A DNA stretch of 64,000 nucleotides from an uncultured delta proteobacterium. GTDB lineage: Bacteria; Desulfobacterota; Binatia; UBA9968. The notes under the pieces were generated by a model. It was not told the origin of the DNA. It searched no databases and saw only the letters and a list, made by a program, of their open reading frames with translations. The DNA lies in the NCBI GenBank assembly GCA_963760795.1, contig CAVXEP010000003.1, positions 96,001-160,000 on the forward strand. Reading direction: 5' to 3'. Of this stretch, positions 55,046-64,000 are shown one piece after another; positions within the stretch are counted from its first letter, which is position 1, and every line of letters begins with the position of its first letter. A program made the translations under genes and the position numbers.

Positions 55046-56026
55046 TCAGCTCATCGCCTTGGCGAAGCCGCGAATCGTCTCTTCACGGCTGCCGCCCGGC
55101 GGACTGTAGGGAATGATGGCGATTTGCTGGACGCCGGTTTTTTTGATGCGCTCGATCTGCGCTTTGCATTGGGCCACCGTGCCGGCGATGGCGAACTTGT
55201 CGACCAGCCAGTCGGGAATCACTTCGGCGTGGTTCGCCTGCTGATCCATGTGATGGTAGTAGTCGTAGGTTTTGCGGATCTCTTGCAAAACTTTCTGCTC
55301 GTTGGGATCGAGCACATAGGGCAGCGGATGGGCGACCACGCGGGCGACATGGGCTTTGACCGCGTCTTTGGCATTCGCGGTTTCGGAGACTGCGCAAGGC
55401 ACCCAGAGAACTAAATTAATATCTGCCAGCTTCCGTCCCGCCGCTTCGGCGCCGGCGGCGATTTTTTCCTTGGCGTGGGCGATGTAATCGTCGGCGACGC
55501 CGACCAGCACAATGATACCGTCGGCGATGCGGCCGGAGAGCTCGAGCATCTTCGGGCCGCTGGCGGCGATGTAGATGGGCACGCGCGTCTTGGTCGGATG
55601 CAGCAAGTGGATCTTGCCCGTCGGCAATTGCGCCTCTTTGCCGTCGAGGATCTGGCGCATTTGCTCGAGAGATTTTTCGAAGTTCGCCAGCGTCGACGGC
55701 TTCATGCCCATGGTTTCCACCGAGCTGTCGCCCAGTCCGATGCCGACAATCATTCGCCCCGGCGCATACTCTTCCAAGGTCGCGTAGCCGCTGGCCGACA
55801 CCGAGGGATGGCGCGTCAACGGATTAGTCACGCCGGTGGCCAACTTCACTTTGGTGGTGTTGAGCACCATCGCCGCCATGTTGATGTAGGCTTCGCGCCA
55901 AATAAGATGCGAATCGCCGACCCAAATATGGCTGAAGCCGACCTCTTCGCTCACCTTGGCCAGATGAATCATTTTCTGCAACGGCTCGGTGGGAAAAAGC
56001 CCAACGCCGAATTCGAATTGACTCAC
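55046..56026 (-). CDS. LLM-class flavin/F420-dependent oxidoreductase (Mer-like)
   Basis: GFSHIWVGDSH, LATGVTNPLTRHP, PGRMIVGIGLGD, PIYIAASGPKMLELSGRIADG; RBS AAGGAGAG before GTG. Confidence 0.9.
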   Translation of the reverse strand: MSQFEFGVGLFPTEPLQKMIHLAKVSEEVGFSHIWVGDSHLIWREAYINMAAMVLNTTKVKLATGVTNPLTRHPSVSASGYATLEEYAPGRMIVGIGLGDSSVETMGMKPSTLANFEKSLEQMRQILDGKEAQLPTGKIHLLHPTKTRVPIYIAASGPKMLELSGRIADGIIVLVGVADDYIAHAKEKIAAGAEAAGRKLADINLVLWVPCAVSETANAKDAVKAHVARVVAHPLPYVLDPNEQKVLQEIRKTYDYYHHMDQQANHAEVIPDWLVDKFAIAGTVAQCKAQIERIKKTGVQQIAIIPYSPPGGSREETIRGFAKAMS

Positions 56027-56039
56027 GATCGACTCTCCT

Positions 56040-57212
56040 TTAACAACACGGCTCGCTGGCGGCCCGCTCCGGCGGCGGCGTTTGCTGGCTGCGTCCGGCG
56101 ACCTGAACGACGCCGTCGATGATGACGTAGGAAATCCCCGGCAAATCGCCTTTGGCGAAGGAGTCGAGCGCATCCTTCGAGACCGAACCGGTGATCTTGT
56201 GCAGCAGGACGATATCAGCGGGCCGCCCCTCTTCGAGAATGCCGAGATTCAAGTCATGAGCGCGGCCGACATTGCCGGTGGCCATGCAGATGGTTTTTTC
56301 CGGCGGAATTTCACCGACCGAAGAGATGAACGCGATCTCGCGCAGAATACCGCGCGGCACGACGCCGGTACCGCCGGGAGTGTCCGTGCCGATCAGCACC
56401 CGGTCGTAACGGCCGTTGGCTTTGACCGCGCGCGCGAGACTCAACGCCAGCCGGTAATTTCCCGATGTACAAATTTCCATGAAGCATTCGGTTTCGTTGG
56501 CGATACGCAGCATGTCCGCTTCAGGCATGGGGATCGGCCCGCCGGTGATATGGCCGATGATGTCCGGTTTGATCTTCTGCACCATGTCGAAGCCGGCCAC
56601 CTGGCTCACGCCGGAACGCGACACGCCGCCGGAATGAATCTTGACTTTGATGCCGCGGGCGTGCGCCCAGTCGACGTAGCGGTTGGCTTCGCCGTTGGGC
56701 AACAGGCTGTAGTCGTAGAAAATGAATTTGACTAGCTTGATGCCGAGGGCTTGAATCTCGTCGAAATCTTTTTCCGTCAAACCCGGCACTAAGAGCAATG
56801 TGCCGGCATGAACTTTCACCCCCGACGGCCGCAGGTTGTCGTAGCACTTCTTGGTGACGATGGCGACCGACAGCGCCGTGCGCGCATCAGGCGGCAGCGG
56901 CAGCCCCGGCAGATGCAATTCGCCGGCGGAGATTAACGCGGTCACGCCGCCATGCATGTAGTTGGTGATCCAGCCGAGTGAATTCTGCGCCGGCGTGTAC
57001 TCACCGATGGATGGATGCGAATGCGAATCGATCAAGCCGGGAATTGCCGTGATGCCGTTGGCGTCGATGGTTTGGTCGGCGGCTTGATTCAAACCGTTGC
57101 CGATGGTTTGAACGAGACCGTCTTTAATGAAGATCGAGTCCGCCTGCCTAAGCGGACTTTCTAATTTGCCCGTGACCAACGTGCCGATGTTTTTAATCAG
57201 GATCGAAGCCAT
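56040..57212 (-). CDS. Enamidase-like amidohydrolase
   Basis: ILIKNIGTLVTGKLESP, PGLIDSHSHP, HGGVTALISAGELHLPG, KIHSGG, GHITGGP, GTDTPGGTGV. Confidence 0.85.
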   Translation of the reverse strand: MASILIKNIGTLVTGKLESPLRQADSIFIKDGLVQTIGNGLNQAADQTIDANGITAIPGLIDSHSHPSIGEYTPAQNSLGWITNYMHGGVTALISAGELHLPGLPLPPDARTALSVAIVTKKCYDNLRPSGVKVHAGTLLLVPGLTEKDFDEIQALGIKLVKFIFYDYSLLPNGEANRYVDWAHARGIKVKIHSGGVSRSGVSQVAGFDMVQKIKPDIIGHITGGPIPMPEADMLRIANETECFMEICTSGNYRLALSLARAVKANGRYDRVLIGTDTPGGTGVVPRGILREIAFISSVGEIPPEKTICMATGNVGRAHDLNLGILEEGRPADIVLLHKITGSVSKDALDSFAKGDLPGISYVIIDGVVQVAGRSQQTPPPERAASEPCC

Positions 57213-57315
57213 AGTTCACCACTTGGCGGGGCACTATATCAAAGTGTCTTTTGGTGTAAACCCGGTTGAGAATTTCGTAGACGCGCTGAAGCCGTTCGGA
57301 ATAGGATTACCGACT

Positions 57316-58762
57316 TTAGGTCCCAAAGACTTCGCGCAGGATGTCCCTGATCGCGTCGGCGGAGGTCTCATCCAATCTCGCGGCACCGGAGAGCGGCACC
57401 GTTTTGACAATCTGGCGCTGCCAACTCACCGCCCCATTTTCGATGCGCACCAATTGCATCTCCACCACCGTCCGCAGCGGCGAACGGCCGTCGGTATGCC
57501 AACGGCGGATCTCCCACAGCCACAACCAACCAGAGAGGTTGGCCGTGCGCGCATTGGCCGCGGCGCTCACACGCATCGAAAGGAAACGACTGCAAGCGGA
57601 CATCGCGCTCTTCCGGCAATGACACGGTAATTTGTCGGTGCTGGAGTTCGCGCTGCAAGGAACCACGAAGCAAGTCCATCACTGTGGGCCGGGACTCCGG
57701 CGACAGCTTGCCGGCCATCTCACCCAAAGAGCGCAACGGATTCGTGCCGGGCAAACGCAAGTCCGAACCTGTGCCATTGCGCACCGAAGCGAGCCATACC
57801 GGCCCCTGGCCCAATGTCGATGGATCAAGCGGCGCTTCAGGCCGCTGGGCGCCACAACCGGCGCACAGAGTAAGAACGAATACGATTAGCCCAGCGACCC
57901 CGCCGCCACGGCGCAAGATGGATTGCACAGCATAGACGGCGAAAATCACCACGCAGCCAAACGCCACATCGGTCGGTCCCAGCGGCAGGTCCAGGCGCAC
58001 GGATAGATAGAACCCTAGGACCGCGATGAAAATACCGATCAACGACGAGAGCGACAGAAACGAACTCATGCCGCGCGCCAAAGTGCGCGCCGCCAGTGGC
58101 GGCAGAACCATGAAACCGAAAACCAAGAGCGGCCCAGCCATGATGACGCCAATGGCAATGCTGAAGCCGCACAGAACGTACAACCAAAAACTCCACTGCG
58201 CGCTGCCGCCGGTGAGCAAGAAAGACAGATCGCGGTCGAAAGAGTTGAGTAAAAATTCCCGGCGAAACAAAACCAGACCGACATAAACCACGCCGTAAAC
58301 GATCGCCAGCAGTTTCAATTCTTCCTTGGATAGGGAAATCACTTCGCCCTTGAGCAAATTGAGGATTTCCAGCTCACCGGCCGGGTTAAAGACAATGAAC
58401 AAAATCGTCAATGCCGACGCCAGGGCGTAAGCCGCCGCGAGCCGGCCTTCCGGCGATCCGGTCGCGTGGCGATCAAGATAGGCAAGCAGTCCCATGCCGG
58501 CCAACGTGAACAACAGTGAACCGGCCATCGCCAATAGCCGTTCGCCGCCACTGCCGTGAGTGAAACCGGTGGCATGATAAATCCAAAACGTAAACGCCAC
58601 GCCGCAGGCGGCGATTTGCGGCAGCGTCAAGCCGAGGAAAACCCGCCGGCGCAGCATCAAGTGCGCACCGACCAGCGGGCAAACCAACGCGAGGATGGCA
58701 CTGCCCAGCAAAGCCGGGAAAAGCAAGAATGACGGACTGAAAATTTCCCAAAAACTCACCAT
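57316..58762 (-). CDS. Metal ABC transporter permease (ZnuB/MntB-like) fused to a C-terminal lipoprotein-like domain (frameshift near 57570)
   Basis: CPLVGAHLMLRRRVFLGLTLPQIAACG, REFLLNSFD, GPLLVFGFMVLPP, DLPLGP; continues in frame to LTLCAGC and a soluble domain. Confidence 0.85.
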
Positions 58763-59461
58763 GGATGTTGTGCCACCGCTCCTTCCTCCCACGCCACTCT
58801 GCCACCGTCGACGCGCAGGACTTTGCTCGGCGACGCTCCGCACCATGCGTAGATCATGACTCGAAAAGAAAACGGCAATGTCTCTCATCGCGATTCAATT
58901 TGACCAGCAGATCGCTGATCGCTTTTTGCGACTCCGGATCGACGCCCGCCAACGGCTCATCCAGAAAGAGAATCTTGGGGCCGACCATCAGAGCGCGGGC
59001 GATCAGCATGCGCTGTCTCTGGCCACCCGACAGCGAAAAAAACGAGCGTCTTGCAAGATGGCTAAACCAACCTGTTCAAGCACATCGTCCAGTCGCTGTT
59101 TTTCTCGTCGCCGGTAGACCTCTGATACGGCTTTAGCCGGCCATAGCCGCCCATCGCCACCACTTCGCGCGCGGTGATCGGAAACGTCGAGTCCAGTGCC
59201 GAGCTCTGCGGCACGTAGCCGAACTCGCTGAGCGCGCAGTTGCGCACCAGCAAACCGCTGATCACGGGCAAGAAAACCCAGAATCGTCCGGAAGATTGTC
59301 GTCTTGCCGGAACCGTTGGGCCCGGCCATCGCGATAAGATCACCGGCACGAATATCGAGGTCGACGTCTTTCAAGAACCGGCGACATCCGTCGTATCCGA
59401 GGTCGTTGCTCGTGAAGACGAAACCAAGGGGAGACGCTAGCTCATCGAAGCTCTCCCGCAT
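58756..59461 (-). CDS. Metal ABC transporter ATPase (ZnuC-like; several frameshifts)
   Basis: [15 protein letters not shown]...[40 protein letters not shown]. Confidence 0.85.
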
Positions 59462-59502
59462 CGGTTATGAGCGCTATCGATCATTGCATCGGAATCGATG
59501 TC

Positions 59503-60433
59503 TTAACTCTTTTTGAGCGCGGCGAGCAAACTCCTGACGTTGTAGTCGATGAATTTGATGTAGGTGTCGGTCTCCGCCGTCGCGCCGGCGATGCTTCTGC
59601 AATCGCACCACAGCGGCACCGGTCTGGCCTGCCAGCTGGCGTCGGATAGCGATCGCTTTGGGCACCGTAGATGATCACCTGCACCTTTTCCTGCTGCATA
59701 TGTTGGACCAGACCAACCAAGTGATTGGGCGTCGGTTCGATGCCCGGCTTGAGCTCGATGCTACCGATCTGCTGAAGCCCGAACCGATTGGCGAAGTAGG
59801 TCCAATCCTGATGGTAGGCCACAATCTTGACCCCTTAAGCGGCGCTGCCATGCTCTGCCAACGGACGATCGCTTTGTCCAACTCCGTCAGATAAGCCGTT
59901 CAGATTCTTGTCGAACGTCGCCTTATGCTGGGGAAAATTTCGCGCCAAGCCGTCGGCGATGTTACGCGCCATAATTCTGCCGTTTACCGGGTCGAGATTG
60001 TAGTGCGGATTGCCCTTGGATGGACATCTCCTTCCGAGCGGTCAAAGGTTCTTGGAACCTCCAGCTACATTGATGCCGTTTGAGCAATCGATATGGCCAG
60101 GCTGACCGGGCATGGATCTTGGAATTGTTCGCCACTTCCAGCAACGCCGGCAGCCATGATATTTCCAGATCCAATCCCATCGCTACGAGCATATCGGCTC
60201 GATTAAGCTTGGGCACGAAACTCGGCTTCACCGGCACCGCATGCATGAATTCCACGCCTCTGGTGAGGCTCTCCACGTCCACCAACTCTTTGCCGATCTG
60301 TTTCGTAATATCCGCCAGATCGGGGATCGTCGTGATCACGCGAATTTGCTGCGCTTCGGCTAAGCCAACCCAGCCGACCGAAACAAGCAGTAAAATTAGA
60401 TAGGCGAGAAAACGTCTTCGTAATCATTTGCAT
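59503..60433 (-). CDS. Metal ABC transporter substrate-binding protein (ZnuA/TroA-like; several frameshifts)
   Basis: VITTIPDLADITKQIG, MHAVPVKPS, GLDLEISWLP, GNPHYNLDP, AYHQDWTYF, ELKPGIEPTPNHL. Confidence 0.88.
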
Positions 60434-60463
60434 CGATGCTTCTCCTTTAAGATAGAGCAACTG

Positions 60464-61716
60464 TTAGCGGGTACGGAATCCATGCGTATGGCTGCCCAAC
60501 ACAGTCGTCCATTGCAGAAAAAATTGGTGACCGCGCTCCGCTTTGTCTTCGCGCACCTTGTCGTCCAGGTAGCTGTATTGGAAGCGCAGCCGGTTAAATT
60601 CGCTCAGGGTCCAGGTCAAGAAACGGCGAGTAGCTGTGAGTCTTCTTACCTGGGCTCGCCAAGTTCGGCGCGTTGTCGTACAGGAATCCTGCGGACCACT
60701 CGCGGTTGAGCTTCATCTCGGCGTAGGCATAGCCGCCCGGGGCGAACATCCGGCGAAAGCCGGATTCACGCTCGACACGCTCGCTGTTGCCGAAAAATTC
60801 GGCGCCAACCGTCACGCCTTGATGCAGGGTGCTGTCGAGCGGTTGGTAGCGATAGGTCAAGTCTAAGCCACTGAGTGTCCGGCTACCGCCATGGGGATCA
60901 GACGGGATGCGAATCGAAGGCGTATAGGCCAAGCTCGTTCCCAGTTCGATGCTGTGATTATCGCTCAAATCGAAATAAGTATTGAGCCGCCCGAGATAGG
61001 TAAACCGGCTCCAGGCGCGTGACTTAGTATCGTCCAAGCGTTCGTTTTCCGCGCCGAGCTTATTGTAACCGCCAACGGTGCCGCGCAAGAAAAACGGCGT
61101 CGGGAAAAGATAACTCAACTCCGCGCCATCGGCTTTGGACTCGCCGCCGACGATGCGCTCCAAAGACAAAGGCGTATTTACAAAGGCATATTCATGGGGA
61201 TGAAACTTGGCCAAGCGGCCAAAGTCGGCGAAAAACCGCCCGCCGCGGGCTTGTAAATTCCACGGCAATGAGGTCGTCACCATCGCCGCCTCCTCGACCT
61301 CGACGCCTTCGCCGCTGCCGTTAAAAAACGCGTAGCCGCGCGCATAGGGATCGATGGAGGCCGCAATGCCGATCTCCGCCGAGCGGAAATTAAACGTCCC
61401 GCCGGCTTTGCTGCGTTGCTCGGCGGTGGCGTCGATGGCCATGCCGATGGCTGGATTAAGCGCCGACGGCGCGCTCTGTACCGCTCTGACTGACTTCTCG
61501 ACTTGATCCACCCGCGTGGCCGTCGTGCCCTTCTCTTGCTCCAACTGGTCGATTCGCTGCAGCGCCTTTTGCAGTTGCTGTTCCATGCCCTTGACCAGCG
61601 ACCGTAACGATTCGAGCTCGGTATTTTGCGCCAAGCCCGCGCTCTGAAATGAATAATAAAACGGTAAATACGGCGGACGCCACCAGTGATGGTGTCCGCA
61701 AAGCGGATGAAACCAT
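60464..61716 (-). CDS. Outer-membrane beta-barrel protein of metal-uptake operons (zinc-regulated receptor/porin-like; two frameshifts)
   Basis: Signal peptide, coiled coil, LNPAIG, AEIGIAASIDPY, VEEAA, GRFFADFGRLAKFHPHE, C-terminal FLQWTTVLGSHTHGF. Confidence 0.85.
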
Positions 61717-61721
61717 GATGA

Positions 61722-61826
61722 GCCTCCCTCACGAGACAACAAAATCCCCTCCGCTCGGGCAAACCCGTACGGAGGGAAAACCAATATCGCTGTAGTTTGA
61801 TGAACTAGACTGAGAGTGAGAGAGGC
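61722..61826 (-). promoter_or_regulatory. RBS-sequestering RNA structure between the leader ORF and the receptor gene
   Basis: mRNA GCCUCUCUCAC (61826-61816) pairs with GUGAGGGAGGC (61732-61722, the SD) over 11 bp with one G-U; it encloses the hairpin UCCCUCCGUACGGG-UUUG-CCCGAGCGGAGGGGA. Confidence 0.75.
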
Positions 61827-62103
61827 GGTCCGCGGACAAACGGACATCGTGGCGCAGTGAAATTCCACTCGCGCATCTGCGGTTCAAGCACAACCGCAAT
61901 TTGCGGCGATGGCACAACGGTCTGGAGAATCGTCAGGCAAAACCATCTGCGCGCGCGCGCCTTGCAGACAACTGCACTGGCTGCTGAGTTGCGACGCAAG
62001 GGAGAAATGAAAATGCAGCGGGAAAAAGAAAATAAACAGCACCGCCGCCGCGCATGCGAAACGGCTGAACGGTCGTTGCTGTTCGAATTCCTAGTACCCG
62101 CAT
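61805..62103 (-). CDS. Putative ribosome-arrest leader peptide (CruR/CutF/DUF2946-like), ~98 aa, ending RGPP
   Basis: Reconstructed across two +1 indels: MRVLEFEQQRPFSRFACAAAVLFIFFFPLHFHFSLASQLSSQCSCLQGARAQMVLPDDSPTVVPSPQIAVVLEPQMREWNFTAPRCPFVRGPPLSLSV*. Confidence 0.7.
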
Positions 62104-62110
62104 GGGAGCA

Positions 62111-62139
62111 AACCTAATCAAAGGCGCTCACCTTGTCAA
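62111..62139 (-). promoter_or_regulatory. Sigma70 promoter giving a probably leaderless transcript
   Basis: Minus strand TTGACA-N17-TAGGTT, then 7 nt to ATG 62103; no SD. Confidence 0.7.
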
Positions 62140-62464
62140 TCAAAACGCTCGCAAACACGGGACAGTCCATCTAACGGAATCGAACGAGAGTCACCGGCAC
62201 CAACACCGGTTCGTTACAGTCCGCTGCCATTTTCACGGCCACTAGATTCAGACCATCCGATAATGCGCTGCTGACCATGCCGCATGGGTCAAATCGCACC
62301 TCGGCACCTGGCGCCGGACTAGTGCCCGGAGCTTCCCTGAATCCCAGCCATTCGCCGTATCGGCTGCTAGCCACGAACGGAGCCGAGACAGACAGCCGAA
62401 ACAGCCGCTAACAGGCCGGCTTTCCAGCTAGATAACCCGTTAGTGAGTTTTTCTAGTGGAACCG

Positions 62465-62494
62465 GTAAACCGATCCGCGGCTTGCGCCGTCTAA
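62465..62494 (+). promoter_or_regulatory. Putative ECF sigma promoter
   Basis: GTAAAC-N17-CGTCTAA ahead of an operon that contains an ECF sigma factor. Confidence 0.55.
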
Positions 62495-62535
62495 CCGCTA
62501 CACGAACGCAAAAACTAGCCTAGGAGGCATTCGAT

Positions 62536-62933
62536 ATGAATAACTAAATCGATCATGGGTACGCGGATTGTTCGTGGCGACTTTGGCGCTGGCAGGCTCG
62601 CCGCTAATTGCCGCGGAATCCAAGATCACCCCGGTGGAGAAAGCCGAGTTGAGACAGGACCGCAAGGAAATTCGCGGCGACCGCCATGAGATCAAAGCCG
62701 ACCGCCGAGAGTTGCGCAAGGACCGCAAAGAACTGCGCTCTGACCGCCGAGAGTTACGCCGCGATCTCAAGAACGGCGCTAGCAAAGAAGAAATCGCCCA
62801 AGACCGCACAGAGATCGCCCAGGGCAAGGCAGAGATTAAAGGCGACAGGAAGGAATTGAAACAGGACCGCGTAGAACGGCGCCAGGATCGCAAAGAGCTG
62901 CGAAGCGATCGCCGCGACGCCGTAAAGAACTAA
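62536..62933 (+). CDS. Secreted heptad-repeat (DRxE(L/I)R/K) protein; 5' end frameshifted
   Basis: RBS AGGAGG at 62522; signal peptide LFVATLALAGSPLIAA; repeats DRKEIRG DRHEIKA DRRELRK DRKELRS DRRELRR. Confidence 0.75.
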
Positions 62934-63005
62934 CCGGGAGTCGACCATGGCATTCCTTCAAGCGGCGGACAGAACTTGAATTCTTCCGCCGCCCCCTCCA
63001 CACTG

Positions 63006-63613
63006 ATGCGAGCGCGCGTGAATCGACGAAAGGCAGGACCAGCCAATTGGCGAACTCTGGGGATGAGGAGTTGGTGGCGTTGGCCCAACGGGGCGACCGC
63101 CGGGCGTTCGAAGAACTGATCGAGCGCCACAAACAGAAGGCCTATAATATCGCTTTGGCTTCGCCCGCGATCGCGAGGAGGCCAAGGATCTGTCGCAAGA
63201 GGCGTTCTTGAAAGCGTTTACTTACTTGAAAAACTTTGACGGCCGTTCGAGTTTCTACACTTGGTTTTATCGCATCGTCGTCAACGTCTGTCTCGACTAC
63301 AAGCGGCGCGCCAAGCGCATCTCCGCCGGCGAGTTTGACGAGACCATCGAGAGTCAAATGGAACCGTCGCATAATCCGGCCCAGCCGCTGGCGCCGGAAC
63401 AACATGTGCTGGCCGAGACAGCTTTCGCGTAAAGTCGACGCCGCCCTGCAAAAGCTGCCGGCGAAACAGCGCATGGCATTTATTTTGAAAAACAATCAAG
63501 GACTATCGATTAGAGAAATCGCCGCGACCATGGAAACCGCCGAGGGCACAGTGAAAGTGCATTTGCACCGCGCGGTCACCACGCTGCGGCAAAGCTTGGC
63601 GGAATTGGTCTAG
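63006..63613 (+). CDS. ECF RNA polymerase sigma factor (two frameshifts)
   Basis: DEELVALAQRGDRRAFEELIERH, EAKDLSQEAFLKA, FDGRSSFYTWFYRIVVN, LPAKQRMAFIL, SIREIA...GTVKVHLHRA. Confidence 0.9.
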
Positions 63614-63621
63614 GAGGAATT

Positions 63622-64000
63622 ATGACGGAGCGAATCAACCCGGCAGCAAGCGCCTGCGCAGACTTGGAAGCGGACCTCGTGCTGCTTCATTACGGCGACT
63701 TGGACGGCGCCGAACGCGCGCGGCTTCAAGCCCATGCCGCCAATTGCGCCGGCTGCTCGGGCTACTTGAACGAACTCGCATCGCTGCTGCCGCTGACGGT
63801 CACAGCCGACACGCCGCCGCAAGAGTTCTGGATGAACTATAACCGTGAGTTGCGCCACAAGATCGACGCCGCGGTTGAAAACAAAACTTGGTGGCAAAAT
63901 TTCACGGCGATTTTCAAACCTGGCTACCTATCCGCCCTCGCCACCGCCGCGGTGGTGGTCCTGGCGCTGACCTTCACCCTCGGTGGCGGCCTGTGGCCCG
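63622..64000 (+). CDS. Zinc-binding anti-sigma factor (zf-HC2), runs off the window
   Basis: MTERINPAASACADLEADL...LQAHAANCAGC (H-x3-C-x2-C) followed by a TM helix; directly after the ECF sigma. Confidence 0.88.
   Translation, partial: MTERINPAASACADLEADLVLLHYGDLDGAERARLQAHAANCAGCSGYLNELASLLPLTVTADTPPQEFWMNYNRELRHKIDAAVENKTWWQNFTAIFKPGYLSALATAAVVVLALTFTLGGGLWP

Noticed and set aside
62171-62374. 67-aa minus-strand ORF between the ECF locus and the leader
   Set aside because: No RBS or recognisable motif; it may be a remnant but cannot be supported.
62645-62920. 21-bp periodic DNA repeats as a possible CRISPR or VNTR
   Set aside because: They are the coding heptad repeats of a secreted protein, with synonymous variation.

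Overview
High-GC bacterial chromosomal window. The gene content (mfd-surA-pdxA, many MFS/SBP/amidohydrolase/TctC genes, characteristic intergenic repeats) suggests a Deltaproteobacteria-like lineage, probably Candidatus Binatia/Binatota; this is inference only. Many genes are broken by single-base indels, most likely uncorrected long-read errors, so they are called as CDS. Contents in order: eno, ftsB, a GcvH homologue lacking the lipoyl-lysine, ComD/ComE-like decarboxylase subunits, a hybrid iscS-iscA-sufB-nifS-rrf2 Fe-S operon, an mfd-MFS-surA-pdxA-PMM-uvrA run whose UvrA lacks the insertion domain, a TIR-TM-Ig-Ig-TPR receptor-like gene facing a TPR lipoprotein, a catabolic flavoprotein/molybdoenzyme cluster, an Mla ABC system, nth, tctABC and gloA. 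These are followed by a ~9.6 kb signalling island bounded by a duplicated gene end and carrying two sigma54 promoters, a metal-uptake operon, and an ECF sigma/anti-sigma locus. Best candidate for a new system: a leaderless, His/Cys-containing leader peptide ending in RGPP, whose arrest codons base-pair with the Shine-Dalgarno of the downstream outer-membrane receptor/ZnuABC-like operon. This suggests a ribosome-stalling metal sensor. No rRNA, tRNA, CRISPR array or transposase was seen.
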